A stretch of 62,410 bases of DNA, counting the filler. It is 5 parts of 5 records of this genome, joined end to end, with 100 filler letters (N's around TTAATTAATTAA, not from the genome) between each part and the next. Parts side by side here need not be neighbours in the genome. Positions count along the whole stretch, not along the records: positions 41,480 to 55,073 come from DRR378314_2034; positions 55,174 to 62,410 come from DRR378314_2051; 3 more parts are not named here. One strand, given 5' to 3'. Numbering within the stretch: the first letter of the stretch is position 1; the number at the start of each line of letters is the position of its first letter. Made by a program: the position numbers and the translations under genes. Below, one piece after another: positions 52,683 to 62,410 of the stretch. A model generated the notes under the pieces. It was not told where the DNA came from. It searched no databases and saw only the letters and a list, made by a program, of their open reading frames with translations.

Positions 52683-52865
52683 ATGTCACAAAGCAATGAG
52701 CATATTTGCGACTTTGGGTTACATCAAGGTCAGTCGTATACAAAGCTCCCAGCCAGTTTTTTAAATTGGATGGTGGGTAACAATCATGAAAAATCAGCAC
52801 TCGCTGAGCAGGAACTAAACCGCAGGCAATTAGCGGCAACAGGACAATTAGAGACTGAAAACTAA
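52683..52865 (+). CDS. Small protein, DUF3820-like
   Basis: DFGLHQGQSYTKLPASFLNWM resembles the F-G-K-H/Y-K-G..L-P-x-x-Y-L-x-W motif; AGGA RBS. Confidence 0.65.
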   Translation: MSQSNEHICDFGLHQGQSYTKLPASFLNWMVGNNHEKSALAEQELNRRQLAATGQLETEN

Positions 52866-52952
52866 AAAAGTAGCGCTGTAAACGTTATTTAGTCATAAAT
52901 TTAGTTTAAACTACGCGTTTAATGAACAGCATCTGACAACACGGGTCACATT

Positions 52953-54587
52953 ATGCGCGTAATTATTAGTTTTCTCTTACTATTAAGTGTTTCTGCTTGT
53001 AGTAATAACCCCCCCCAAAACGAATCAACCTCTACAAATGAAGCTCGCTATTTAACTGTCTTACATACCAATGATAATCATGGTCGCTTTTGGCACAATG
53101 AAAAAGGCGAGTATGGTATGGCGGCACGCAAAACGTTGATTGATCAATTGCGAAATGATGCACAAAAACAAGGCCATGCTGTTTTACTGCTTTCTGGTGG
53201 CGATATAAATACAGGTATACCTGAGTCTGATTTACAATTTGCCGAGCCAGATTTTAAAGGTATGTCGTTGATAGGCTATGATGCAATGGCATTGGGGAAT
53301 CACGAATTTGACAACCCTTTAAGTGTATTAAAGAAACAACAGCAGTGGGCAAACTTTCCCTTATTATCAGCTAATATTTTTGATAAAAAAACCGGTGAAA
53401 ATGCATTTCAGCCTTATAAGGTATTTGATAAGCAAGGACTTAAAATTGCAGTTATTGGCTTAACCACTACCGATACAGCTAAAATTGGTAATCCTCAATA
53501 TATTGGCGGTTTAGAGTTCAAAGAGCCGATAGACGTGACCAACACATTGGTAAACAAAATCAATCAGCAACACCAACCAGACATTACCATTGCCGTAACG
53601 CATATGGGCCACTATGTAGATGCTGCATTTGGTATTAATGCGCCAGGCGATGTAACACTTGCTCGTTCACTCCCCAAAAACACACTGGATATGATCATCG
53701 GCGGCCACTCTCAAGAGCCGATTTGTATGGCAGATAAAAACATCAATGATGATAATTTTGGCCCAGGTAAAGCTTGTAAACCAGATCAACAAAATGGTAC
53801 TTGGATCATGCAAGCTCACGAATGGGGAAAATATGTAGGTAAAGCTGAATTTAAACTACAAAACGGCCAACTCACATTAATTGATTACAAATTACTTCCT
53901 GTAAATCTATACATAGAACAATCACAAGCTGACGGCACTACAAAACCTGTTTTAGCTGCAAAGTACATTACACCTAACCCTGAGCTCAAGTCATTTTTAG
54001 CTGACTACCAAGCAAAAGGTGCGAAACAAATTGAAGGCAAAATCGGCTTTGTTGACGCAAAATTAGAAGGTGACCGCAACAAAGTACGTTATCAACAAAC
54101 TAATTTAGCACGCGTAATTATAGCGGCTCAAATGAGTACAGTCGGCGCAGATTTTGGAATTATTAGTGGCGGTGGTATTCGCGATAGCATTGCTGCTGGT
54201 GAAGTCAGTTACAAGGACATCTTAAAAGTTCACCCTTTTAAAAATCGTATTACTTACATGGATTGGCAAGGCCAAGATTTATGGGATTACTTAGACGTTG
54301 TAACAAGCTTCCCACCCGATGCTGGCGCTTACATGCAGTATCATAAATTGCGTTTCAAGCGCGAAAACGGAAAATTAGTCAGTGTACTTATTAATGGCCA
54401 GCCACTGGACTTAAGCGCGACCTACCGTATGAGTATTAACAGTTATAATGCCTCTGGCGGTGATGGATATCCCACATTGACTGATCGTCAAGGGTTTGTG
54501 AGCACTGACGAAACTGATGCCCAAGCATTAAAACGTTTTTTTACAGAAAACAGCCCAATCAGTGCTGCAGCGTTTGCACCTAAATAA
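52953..54587 (+). CDS. ushA: Bifunctional UDP-sugar hydrolase / 5'-nucleotidase (lipoprotein)
   Basis: Lipobox VSAC, LHTNDNHG, LSGGDINTG, ALGNHEFD, THMGH, GGHSQ, GGGIRDS, GGDGYP. Confidence 0.95.
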   Translation: MRVIISFLLLLSVSACSNNPPQNESTSTNEARYLTVLHTNDNHGRFWHNEKGEYGMAARKTLIDQLRNDAQKQGHAVLLLSGGDINTGIPESDLQFAEPDFKGMSLIGYDAMALGNHEFDNPLSVLKKQQQWANFPLLSANIFDKKTGENAFQPYKVFDKQGLKIAVIGLTTTDTAKIGNPQYIGGLEFKEPIDVTNTLVNKINQQHQPDITIAVTHMGHYVDAAFGINAPGDVTLARSLPKNTLDMIIGGHSQEPICMADKNINDDNFGPGKACKPDQQNGTWIMQAHEWGKYVGKAEFKLQNGQLTLIDYKLLPVNLYIEQSQADGTTKPVLAAKYITPNPELKSFLADYQAKGAKQIEGKIGFVDAKLEGDRNKVRYQQTNLARVIIAAQMSTVGADFGIISGGGIRDSIAAGEVSYKDILKVHPFKNRITYMDWQGQDLWDYLDVVTSFPPDAGAYMQYHKLRFKRENGKLVSVLINGQPLDLSATYRMSINSYNASGGDGYPTLTDRQGFVSTDETDAQALKRFFTENSPISAAAFAPK

Positions 54588-54592
54588 CAACT

Positions 54593-54627
54593 TACAGCAC
54601 TGAGGAACAATTGACCTCAGTGCTGTA
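54593..54627. terminator. Stem-loop terminator after ushA
   Basis: TACAGCACTGAGG-aacaattga-CCTCAGTGCTGTA. Confidence 0.7.
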
Positions 54628-54726
54628 GTGGCATTGTTATGTCTAAACTCAAAACTATTTAATCTTACATTGCATGGTATTACGCAAAATAAGCGTTAAA
54701 CCTACTCGTGTTAAATGTTTAGCCAG

Positions 54727-54999
54727 TTACTTACCAATCACTTCAATACACTCATTGCTAATTTGGTTTAAACCATAACTGTGCAGGCGCGAGCGAGAGC
54801 CTTCGCCATGCGCTTTCGGCGGGTAATAAATCTCTTTTAATTCTGGGTATTCAACTAACACTTCATCTAATGCAGCACGAATTTCACTGAGTGTTTTTTC
54901 CAAACTGTTGGAAAAGTTGGGCCGTTTACGAATCGTGTGTCCGAGCTCTATTAATCGGTAAAAATATTTGTTTGCAATGTCTATCAACTCATCTGGCAC
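54727..54999 (-). CDS. Hypothetical protein (start uncertain, may be a fragment)
   Basis: 90-aa ORF in AT-rich DNA; no motif recognised. Confidence 0.35.
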   Translation of the reverse strand: MPDELIDIANKYFYRLIELGHTIRKRPNFSNSLEKTLSEIRAALDEVLVEYPELKEIYYPPKAHGEGSRSRLHSYGLNQISNECIEVIGK

Positions 55000-55073
55000 A
55001 TTTTTATTTTGATTTAAAATGGTATCTGGCTGTTCGCTGCAAAATTCAATCAGTGCTAAGTAAAAACATAATG

Positions 55074-55173
55074 NNNNNNNNNNNNNNNNNNNNNNNNNNN
55101 NNNNNNNNNNNNNNNNNTTAATTAATTAANNNNNNNNNNNNNNNNNNNNNNNNNNNNNNNNNNNNNNNNNNNN
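55074..55173. other. Artificial contig spacer
   Basis: N44-TTAATTAATTAA-N44. Confidence 0.98.
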
Positions 55174-55650
55174 GTGTGCTGGTATCGCGGAGTCGCTCGA
55201 CTCTGCCAGCCCTTTCTCTTCGCGGAACGCGCGAGAAGCGCTCCGTCCTTTCCTCTCCGCACAGCGTCACACCTACGAGACGCAGGCGTAGGCGCAGGGG
55301 GAACGCTCCCTTATTTCCATTGAACGCGTATGGGTAGACGGAGAGCATTGCACGTGTACTGTTCTAAGCGTGTGGGTCGCTCCATGCTCTACGTCGTCGC
55401 ATGGATACTGGCTGTGTCGCGTAGAGCGCTCGGCGGCATCGTTGCTCTTGTGCAGAACTAGTCTACGGCGCCTATGTGACGCCAGTTCGGTGCGCTTGAA
55501 GGAGCAAGAGTGTGCGTATGACAGAAGAAGCGAGAGAGCCCGAGTGCGAACGTCAATGAAGCGTCCAACGCGTGCGGTATGCGTCTGAAACTGTGAGGCG
55601 CCACGTTTTTCTCCGCCGGGGCTCGTGCTGTTGCGCTGCGGGTGTTTTAG

Positions 55651-57855
55651 GCCACGATTGGCGTGGACTTTGCACTGAAGCTGCTCTCGTTCAACAACAA
55701 CAAGACGATTGTCCGCCTACAGCTCTGGGACATCGCCGGCCAGGAGCGGTACTCGAACATGACCCGGGTACGCATGACATCACAACAAGAAAACAGTTAT
55801 CCGCGACTGCGCCTTTGGTATTGTTAGGACTAGCGGTGCACCATGGAGGTGGCATTGGGCAATTTACGGCAGTGGGAGAATCTGTTGTAGTGTTTGTGTA
55901 TACACGCCGAGCGCAGAACGGCAGGATGCTGAGCAAAGTACCGAGCCACGAAGCGTAATGCGTAGCGCTTTGGCCGTAAGGTTTGCGTTGTGCTTGCACG
56001 AATACGGTCTTTTTTTTTCTTTCCCGGTCGAGCGGCAGTCGGGACCTGCATCCGTTTGCTGCAGAAGCGGAGCACTGCGTTTCTTCCTCCAGCACCACCT
56101 TTTGCGACTTCCGCGCTGGAGCTTCAGAACCAACCGGTACTGCTTTATGTATTTTTTGCGACCTCTAACGTACGGACTCGCCGCAACGGATTGTGTCCCT
56201 GTGCTTGTCATGGACCTTGCAGGTCTATTACAAAGAGGCAGTAGGCGCGTTTGTTGTTCTTGACGTGAATCGCCCCGTCACGCTCGAAACGGTCACAAAG
56301 TGGAAGAATGGTACGTGTAGATACACGTGGTCGTTTCTTTCGCCTGTGTATGTCGCAATGTACCGAGTATCTATCTGCTAGTCGTCGTTGGCATTGTTGC
56401 GCTCGGTTTTACTTCCTCCGCGTGTGAAGGTCGCCAGTTCCGCGTAAGAGTGACCGCGGAGGATCGGAAAACGGACGTAATAAGCGTGCTGTGCGAAGTT
56501 TTTGTTGCCCATACGATCTGATTGGATGTAAATAGATCGGTTTCGTTTCCAGAGATCCTATTCGGTGTGCTTCGTATAGAAAGCTCGCCGCGCTTTAGTG
56601 CGCGCTCAACTTGCGCCCGAACGTGCACAAGTGTGCCATAATCGTCTGGAGGGCTCTGTGAATCGCCCCACGTTGCTCCTTGTTTTTCTCGTTCCTTGCT
56701 GCTCCCGCTGCGCGGGAATCTTCGACTTTGAGGGGGTGAGGAGTCGATTGTCCGCTGGGACTTTGGCAATTCTCCAACTTCTTCTCTCTCGTGCTGACTG
56801 GTCTCCTGTACTGCTCGGACCGCCGCTTTGTACCCATCGATTTCGTTCCCTAAGATATCGATGCGAAAGTTCATCTTCCCGACGATCGTCCCATTCCGGT
56901 TGTACTTTTGGCAAACAAGGTGCGCTCTCGCGTGTGCTTTCACGCGATCCGCACGCGCGAGGTCTTTGTCCCCCTTTTCGCTCTCATCCCGCGCCTTGGA
57001 AGGGCGACAACGCAAACGACTGGAGATGCGCGCAAGAGCGGTTGCGCGAAATGTCTCCAGATTGCGAGAGTACGCGCTTGGCGTGCCACTGTGCGGATTG
57101 CAGACTCACATCCGGTGCTCTGTAGCGCTCTGCAACCCGTTACACAAAGTGGTTCTGCGACGCGCAGTGCACGCGGATTTGTTCTGTATTCTGTTCTTTT
57201 ACTTTGTGTTTGGGGACGATTCCTCTGTGCTGTGTTGTTGCTCATCATTCGCATCACGTGCTTCAGTGTGATTTGTCGAAGGAAATTCCGCTCCGCACGG
57301 CCAAAGAATACGATGATTTCTGCCGTGAGCACGGGTTCATCGGATGGTTCGAAACGTCTGCGAAGGAAAACCGGAATATTGATGAAGCGACGCGTTTCCT
57401 CGGTACGGTCATCACGACGATGGAGCGCCGCGTGCTGCCTGCGCGCGCGCGTCGCTCTCGTTCCGCCTCAACGGGTCTACTGTGCATCGCGCGCGAGGTC
57501 GAGGAGGAGCAGAGCGCAGCGCCATCCGCGCGCTGCTATCCATCGCGCCCGCTGCGCCCGCCGCCAAAGTGCACGGGGCCGCCACCGTCTCCCATATCGT
57601 CCTCTATCACCGTCGTGTTCGTGGTGTGACGCTGCGGAGCGGTTCTGGCGCCGCAGCGCCTTTTCTCGTCTCGAGCGCGCTGTGCTGCCACGCTAACGTG
57701 CTGACACCGTACGTGATGCGGAACGCACCGGCCGCGCCGCATGTGCTGCAGTGAAAAAGATCATGGAGAACGACTCGCAGAATCGGTCCGCGCGCTCTGA
57801 CACGGTCCAGCTGCGCGCGACGAGCGATCGCAGCAGCGGATGCTGCTCGAGCTGA
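55651..57855 (+). CDS. RAB32: Rab32/38-family GTPase, last five exons (P-loop exon not seen in this contig)
   Basis: Spliced: ATIGVDFALK..VRLQLWDIAGQERYSNMTR|VYYKEAVGAFVV..KWKN|DIDAKV..PIPVVLLANK|CDL..FCREHGFIGWFETSAKENRNI..RFL|VKKIMEND..GCCSS*. WDIAGQE is the Rab32/38/29 signature; CC prenylation motif at the C-terminus. Confidence 0.9.
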
Positions 57856-58180
57856 GATGCGCGCGCTGCGCCAGTCCCGCCCGGCCTCCCTGCTCTTACT
57901 ACCGCGACAACCACACGCGTGCTTGCCGCTCTCCGGGCGGGCGCGGCGGCCGTCTCTGCGTTTCTGGGGATCCCGCGAGGGGCGAAGCGGAACAGCGTGT
58001 TTCGCACACCGCGCCGTCTCGTGTGGAATGGAATGAAAGTGCTGATCGTTTGCCGCACACGCACACACACGCACGCACGATTGCGTGCACACACGCACGC
58101 GCGTAGTGGACATGTATTCCTCTGTGCAAGAGGTGCCTTGGCAGGCGGGAGGAGGTGGCAGCGTCCGCGACCGCGACCGC

Positions 58181-61100
58181 TCACTGCTCGCCCGCTGCGA
58201 AGAACCCGTTGAACGTGATGCGATGCAGCAGGTCCTCCAGGTGCGGATGCGTCCCGCTCCGCGCAATGCGGTCCACAATGGACACGAGGAAGCGCACCGC
58301 GCGCGCCAGATCGCCGCCGATCGTGGCCGGCGCGTCGCCGCTCGCGAGGCGGAACGGGAGCGCGAGCACGCGGCGCAGCGCGTCGCGCACGACCGCGGCG
58401 CGCTCGTTGAGCATGCAGAGATCGCGCATGCGGGCGAGGTACGCAGCGTGCGCCGTAATGAGCTCGTCCACAGAGCTCGCAGTGCGCACAGCGCGCTCGA
58501 GGTCTTCCCACGGCCCGTGCATGACACGCGAGAAGAAGTACGTGGCGAGGTTTCGCGCCACGTGGCTCAGCTGCGCGACGATGCTGCACCGCTCCCAGTG
58601 GTCAGCGGGGAGCGCGGCGACGCGGACAGCGCGTGCATCCGAATCCAGCATCATGGCGCGCTGGACTCGCTCTACGTGAAACAGGGACATGCGAAGAAAG
58701 AGAAGAAACCGGAAGATCTCGTTGTAGCGCTCCATCGCGCTCGCGTCCACGACGATGTCCAGCGGCCACGGCGGAGTGCACGACAGCGAGAGGGACTCGA
58801 GGTGCGGAACCGCGCGCGTGCCTCCGTCGGCGACCTGCACGGCGTGCAGGACAACAAAGCACAAGAGAGTGCGAGAGTGTGTGTATGAGAGCTGTCACGC
58901 AGTCATGGAGAGCACCGCGGCACAAACGTTCCTTCAACCGGGCAGGCGCTGTCGTGGTACTGTGAAAACGCAACACCCGTGCGCCGCTGCGCGCCGTTCC
59001 TCCTCGCACAATACTCTCGCGGCACAACGGCGCGGAGAGAGAGGAGGAGACTGCCGCTGCGCGCAGTAGTGAGCCCCACGCACCGTATCTCGTCGGAGCT
59101 CCGCCACAAATAGGCCGTCGGCGTCGTCGGTCCACCGGTGCCACGCCGCGACTCCAGTGCCCTCGAGCGCGCCGGCGAGCGCGCGGTTGACCTCGTGCGC
59201 GTCCGCGAGCGCGCCGGGCTCCGCGAGCGCTGCAGCCAAAGCGTCAGCGATCTCGCCGTCGCCAAGAAGCATGACGCGACGCACGACCTACAAGCGCAAA
59301 GCGAGGCAAGCCGGCGCGCAGGTTAATCGACAACCCTTTCTCTCTGCGGCTGCGTTCCGCCGATTCAGGGCGGTCAGGTCGCTGCTGCCCGGCACACTCG
59401 CGTAGTGGACGAACGGAACGCGCGATCGTACCTCGAGGTGCTGGAGCACGCTCTGCTCGTCGACCATGTACCTGGCGAGCTTTGCGCGTGACTGCAGCGC
59501 CCCCTCGGCAGACAGCGCCGTGAGAAATGCGGCGGTCGGGTCGCTCAAGAGGACGGGGCGGAGATCCGAGTCGGCGCCGGGCGCCGCGGCGGAACAGCGC
59601 TGGCGCTCCCGGTGCGCTGCGCCGCGATCCGCAACCAGCGGAGCCGCGGCCGCTGCGCGAATCCCGCACGCAGAGGCGGAGCCTGCAACGCGTGTCTTGT
59701 CCTCGGCACGTTCCAGCGAGAGCTCTGCAGCGCCGAGTTGTGTCGAGGCGAGTCGCTCGGCGGCGCGAGCGCTGTCGTCCGCCGACGGAAGCAGCGAGCG
59801 CGCGCCGCGCTGGGGCCGCGCCGCTGCGAGCGCCAAACCAACCGTTACAACCGCAACAGCGCCAGATGCCTCCGTTCCAGCCCCGCCTCGCTGAGCATGC
59901 TCGAGCACTTCGTCTTCACTGTCACCGCCTCCAGAGACACTTCCGTGGTCAGCAGGTTCAGCAACGCGCGGATCGTCGTTCCCGTCACCGGCGAACAGCC
60001 ACAGCGCCGACGCCTGCTCCAGCACAATCCCGCGCGCCGCAGAGCACGCGACACCCAACGCGCGCATCACACTCACCACCGCATTGTCCGCTTTGTCGTC
60101 CATACTCCACTCTGACAAAGGGACCTCCGCAGAGCCTGCACGTGGGAGTGTGCCCAGCACGCGAGACGACCGCACCGCTGACAGTATCGCTGACGCACCG
60201 CTGGCGCCCACGATGATGGGCGGTTGGGCGTGCGGGCGTGCAGCTACGCCAGCCCACGCGCTGGCGTCACTCGTTACCTGGAACCAAAGCTCATCGTACA
60301 CGTCAGCTTGTGCATTACCTGTCATTGCTATGGTGGTAACAAGTCGCGCATACGGCTGCAAACACGCGATGAGTAGGTCGTTCAGCACGGAGTCGCGCGC
60401 GCCAACGGCAGCGTCTCGCGCGGCGAGGACAAGCGAATCCAGAACGCTCTGGGCGCGATGCGCTGCAGCCGTGCGCTTGGGCTCCGCCTGCAAAGCGCTC
60501 GTAGCAGTCCGCGCAATATCTGCCGCAACAGCTAAGGCGGTTCGCTCTCGCTGGACAAGATGCTCGAGCTGAAGAAGCGACAGGGCTTCGGCAGCCAGCG
60601 TCGCAATCGCGCAGCGATGGCGCCGCACCAGTACCAAGATTCCATCCGCTAAGCCCTGCGCCAACGCACGCACCACGAAGAGGCACACGAACAAGATGAG
60701 TTTCTCGCTGCATCGTTGCCATGAAAACAAGCTATTCATATACCATCCTTCCGAAATAATCGGCCGAGATGCCTGTACGGGGGGTAAGAGGCTGGGGAAG
60801 CAATCAGCCAGAGGGAAGGAAAATCCATCGATGGTGATGCTGGAAGGGAGGAGCACGACGAGAGGCCGCTGTTGTGCGCAGCGACCGCACTGGCACAAGC
60901 GTCCTCCCTAACACTGCCCACAACAGCCTTGAAGGTACACGCGGCTCCACAGCCATGCACGTCCTGTGTGACAGAAGCCATACCTGCTCCACCTGACAGC
61001 CGCGGCGAAGGAGCGGGCCGCACTCGTCAAGCGTCAACACGGAGCTTCCCAGCTCGGCGAAACCGTCCATAACCGCGGCGAGCGCGCTCGGGGACAGCGA

Positions 61101-62156
61101 AGCCAAGCGCATCCCGCGGGGGATAAATACGAGTGTCTTCCCCGTGTTCGCAGCGGAGGAAGAAGGCTCTCCGCTACGAGTAGCCTCTTGAACACAAAAC
61201 ACGCCCTGCACGCTGCACCCTGCAGCGGCTGCGAGCGCCGCGCGCACCGCGTCGACTTCAGAATCAAACGGCGCAACGCCCATGAGCGAGCTCCCGGCAA
61301 GCGCGACCCCAAGATCCAGCGGCTCACGAGGATCGATTTCAGGATTATTTTGTCGATGTTTGACCGCGAATTGGATCTGCGCTGCGATATTGGGTCCTGC
61401 GTCTCTCCGCGGCCGCACTGCCGGCGCATAAACGCTATGGGGAGAAACGTCGCGCTTGTCGCTGCTCCAGTCACGCTTGTCGTGCTCGAGACCGCTGTGC
61501 GCGTCCTCGTCGTCGCCTTGGCCACTCGTTTCCGACTCGGTATCGGACAGGTCCTCATCAGTCGATGTGTCACTTGCCATTGCCCATGCTTCCGTCGCTT
61601 CCCGCATTTCATCGTCGTCCGCCGCGTTCTGCAGCTCGCGTTTGATGGCAGCTTCGCGTGCTTCACGCGTAGCGGCAAGCGGGTCCGATGTACTTGACGC
61701 GCCGAAAGCGCCACGAAGGACGATGCCGTCCGATTCGGTATCCCCGTGGCGCAATGCGTGCCGCACTGGCTCCTGTGCCAATTTGGCTATACAAAGTAGA
61801 GCATGAATAGCGCTTTCTTCAGACGCAGTGGCGCCTGCAGGGCTCGTCGCCGTTAGCAACTGCACCCGCTGGCGAAGTGCCTCGGCGCGCGCGTCAAGCG
61901 CGTGAGTCTGCAGCGTCTCCACGAGACCGGAGTACAGCGCGCGCACTTCATCAGGATGAGAATCGAGGAATCTGTGATACGCGAGACCTTCCGCAACAAA
62001 TTTTTCCGCTGTTTTCCGATTTCCATCTTCTGCGGCCGCTTCTGGGGAAACGGAGAGAACGAGCGCACGTGCAAGAGCGCGCACGCGGCGTTGCTTCTCG
62101 CGCGCGAATTTTGGCGCCGACCGCATGTCGCCCTTGCCAGCGAGAAGAACATCCAT
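58181..62156 (-). CDS. TUBGCP5: Gamma-tubulin complex component, GCP5-like, about 4 exons
   Basis: N-terminus AYHRFLDSHPDEVRALYSGLVE resembles the GCP5 HRFLD motif; GRIP2 pieces VMLLGDGE and LSLSCTPPWPLDIVV..YNEIFRFLLFL..RITFNGFF; GT-AG introns join the ORF pieces. Confidence 0.8.
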
Positions 62157-62410
62157 GACAGTAGACGTCCTCCGCGAAGATCGCGACAGAATCTACGCTC
62201 TGCAAACCCAGATTACAGAATTATTCCGATGATCTTGTCTCTCGGAATCGTAACGGGGCGAAATCGCAACAAGGAAGGCGAACGAGCAGTGGGCACGCTA
62301 AGCAGCGGCAACGTGGACAGCAAGCGCGGCGCGCTGGCGGGAAAGTGCGCTGGCGCCGAGCACACGAGCGCAACTGCGTGCTCTCGCCTTGCGGAGCAGA
62401 GCGCGCCTGC

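Noticed and set aside
14327-55173. Bacterial genes next to eukaryotic genes as horizontal transfer or an endosymbiont insertion
   Set aside because: Every junction is an identical artificial N/TTAATTAATTAA spacer, so there is no physical linkage.
1-62410. CRISPR arrays, rRNA, tRNA, intact IS/integrase, defence systems
   Set aside because: I saw no regularly spaced repeats, RNA gene signatures or intact transposase/integrase/nuclease ORFs.

Overview
This window is not one locus. It joins five unrelated contigs with four identical 100-nt artificial spacers (N44-TTAATTAATTAA-N44) and contains DNA from at least three organisms. (1) 1-14326: a GC-rich eukaryote with spliceosomal introns, carrying the first exon of NADP-isocitrate dehydrogenase, DUS1, a multi-exon cytochrome P450 and the C-terminal half of a probable FANCM. 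(2) 14427-19943: a eukaryote, with a RAD5/16-like SNF2 ATPase and poorly interpretable DNA. (3) 20044-41379: an alphaproteobacterium (Rhodobacteraceae-like), with a stand-alone TAT-less reductive dehalogenase, putA/putR and a ~15 kb aromatic-catabolism island. The island holds a ThDP enzyme, IclR, a dead TRAP system, a LigM-like O-demethylase, an HpaD-like extradiol dioxygenase, FAH, Rid, a DUF1932 oxidoreductase, ALDH, a TAXI-TRAP transporter, a sulfatase, a TyrB stub and MarR. (4) 41480-55073: an AT-rich gammaproteobacterium (Pseudoalteromonas-like), with an OsmC-YcaO fusion, DUF1801, DUF1287, TPR-GGDEF, a frameshifted pitrilysin, MAPEG, a GlyGly-CTERM cyclophilin and ushA. (5) 55174-62410: a eukaryote, with Rab32/38 and gamma-tubulin complex component GCP5. 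The best candidate for an undescribed system is the contig-3 island. It reads as a pathway for importing and degrading a sulfated, O-methylated, possibly halogenated or amino-substituted aromatic, and it carries scars of recent remodelling. All calls come from motif recognition by eye; no searches were run.
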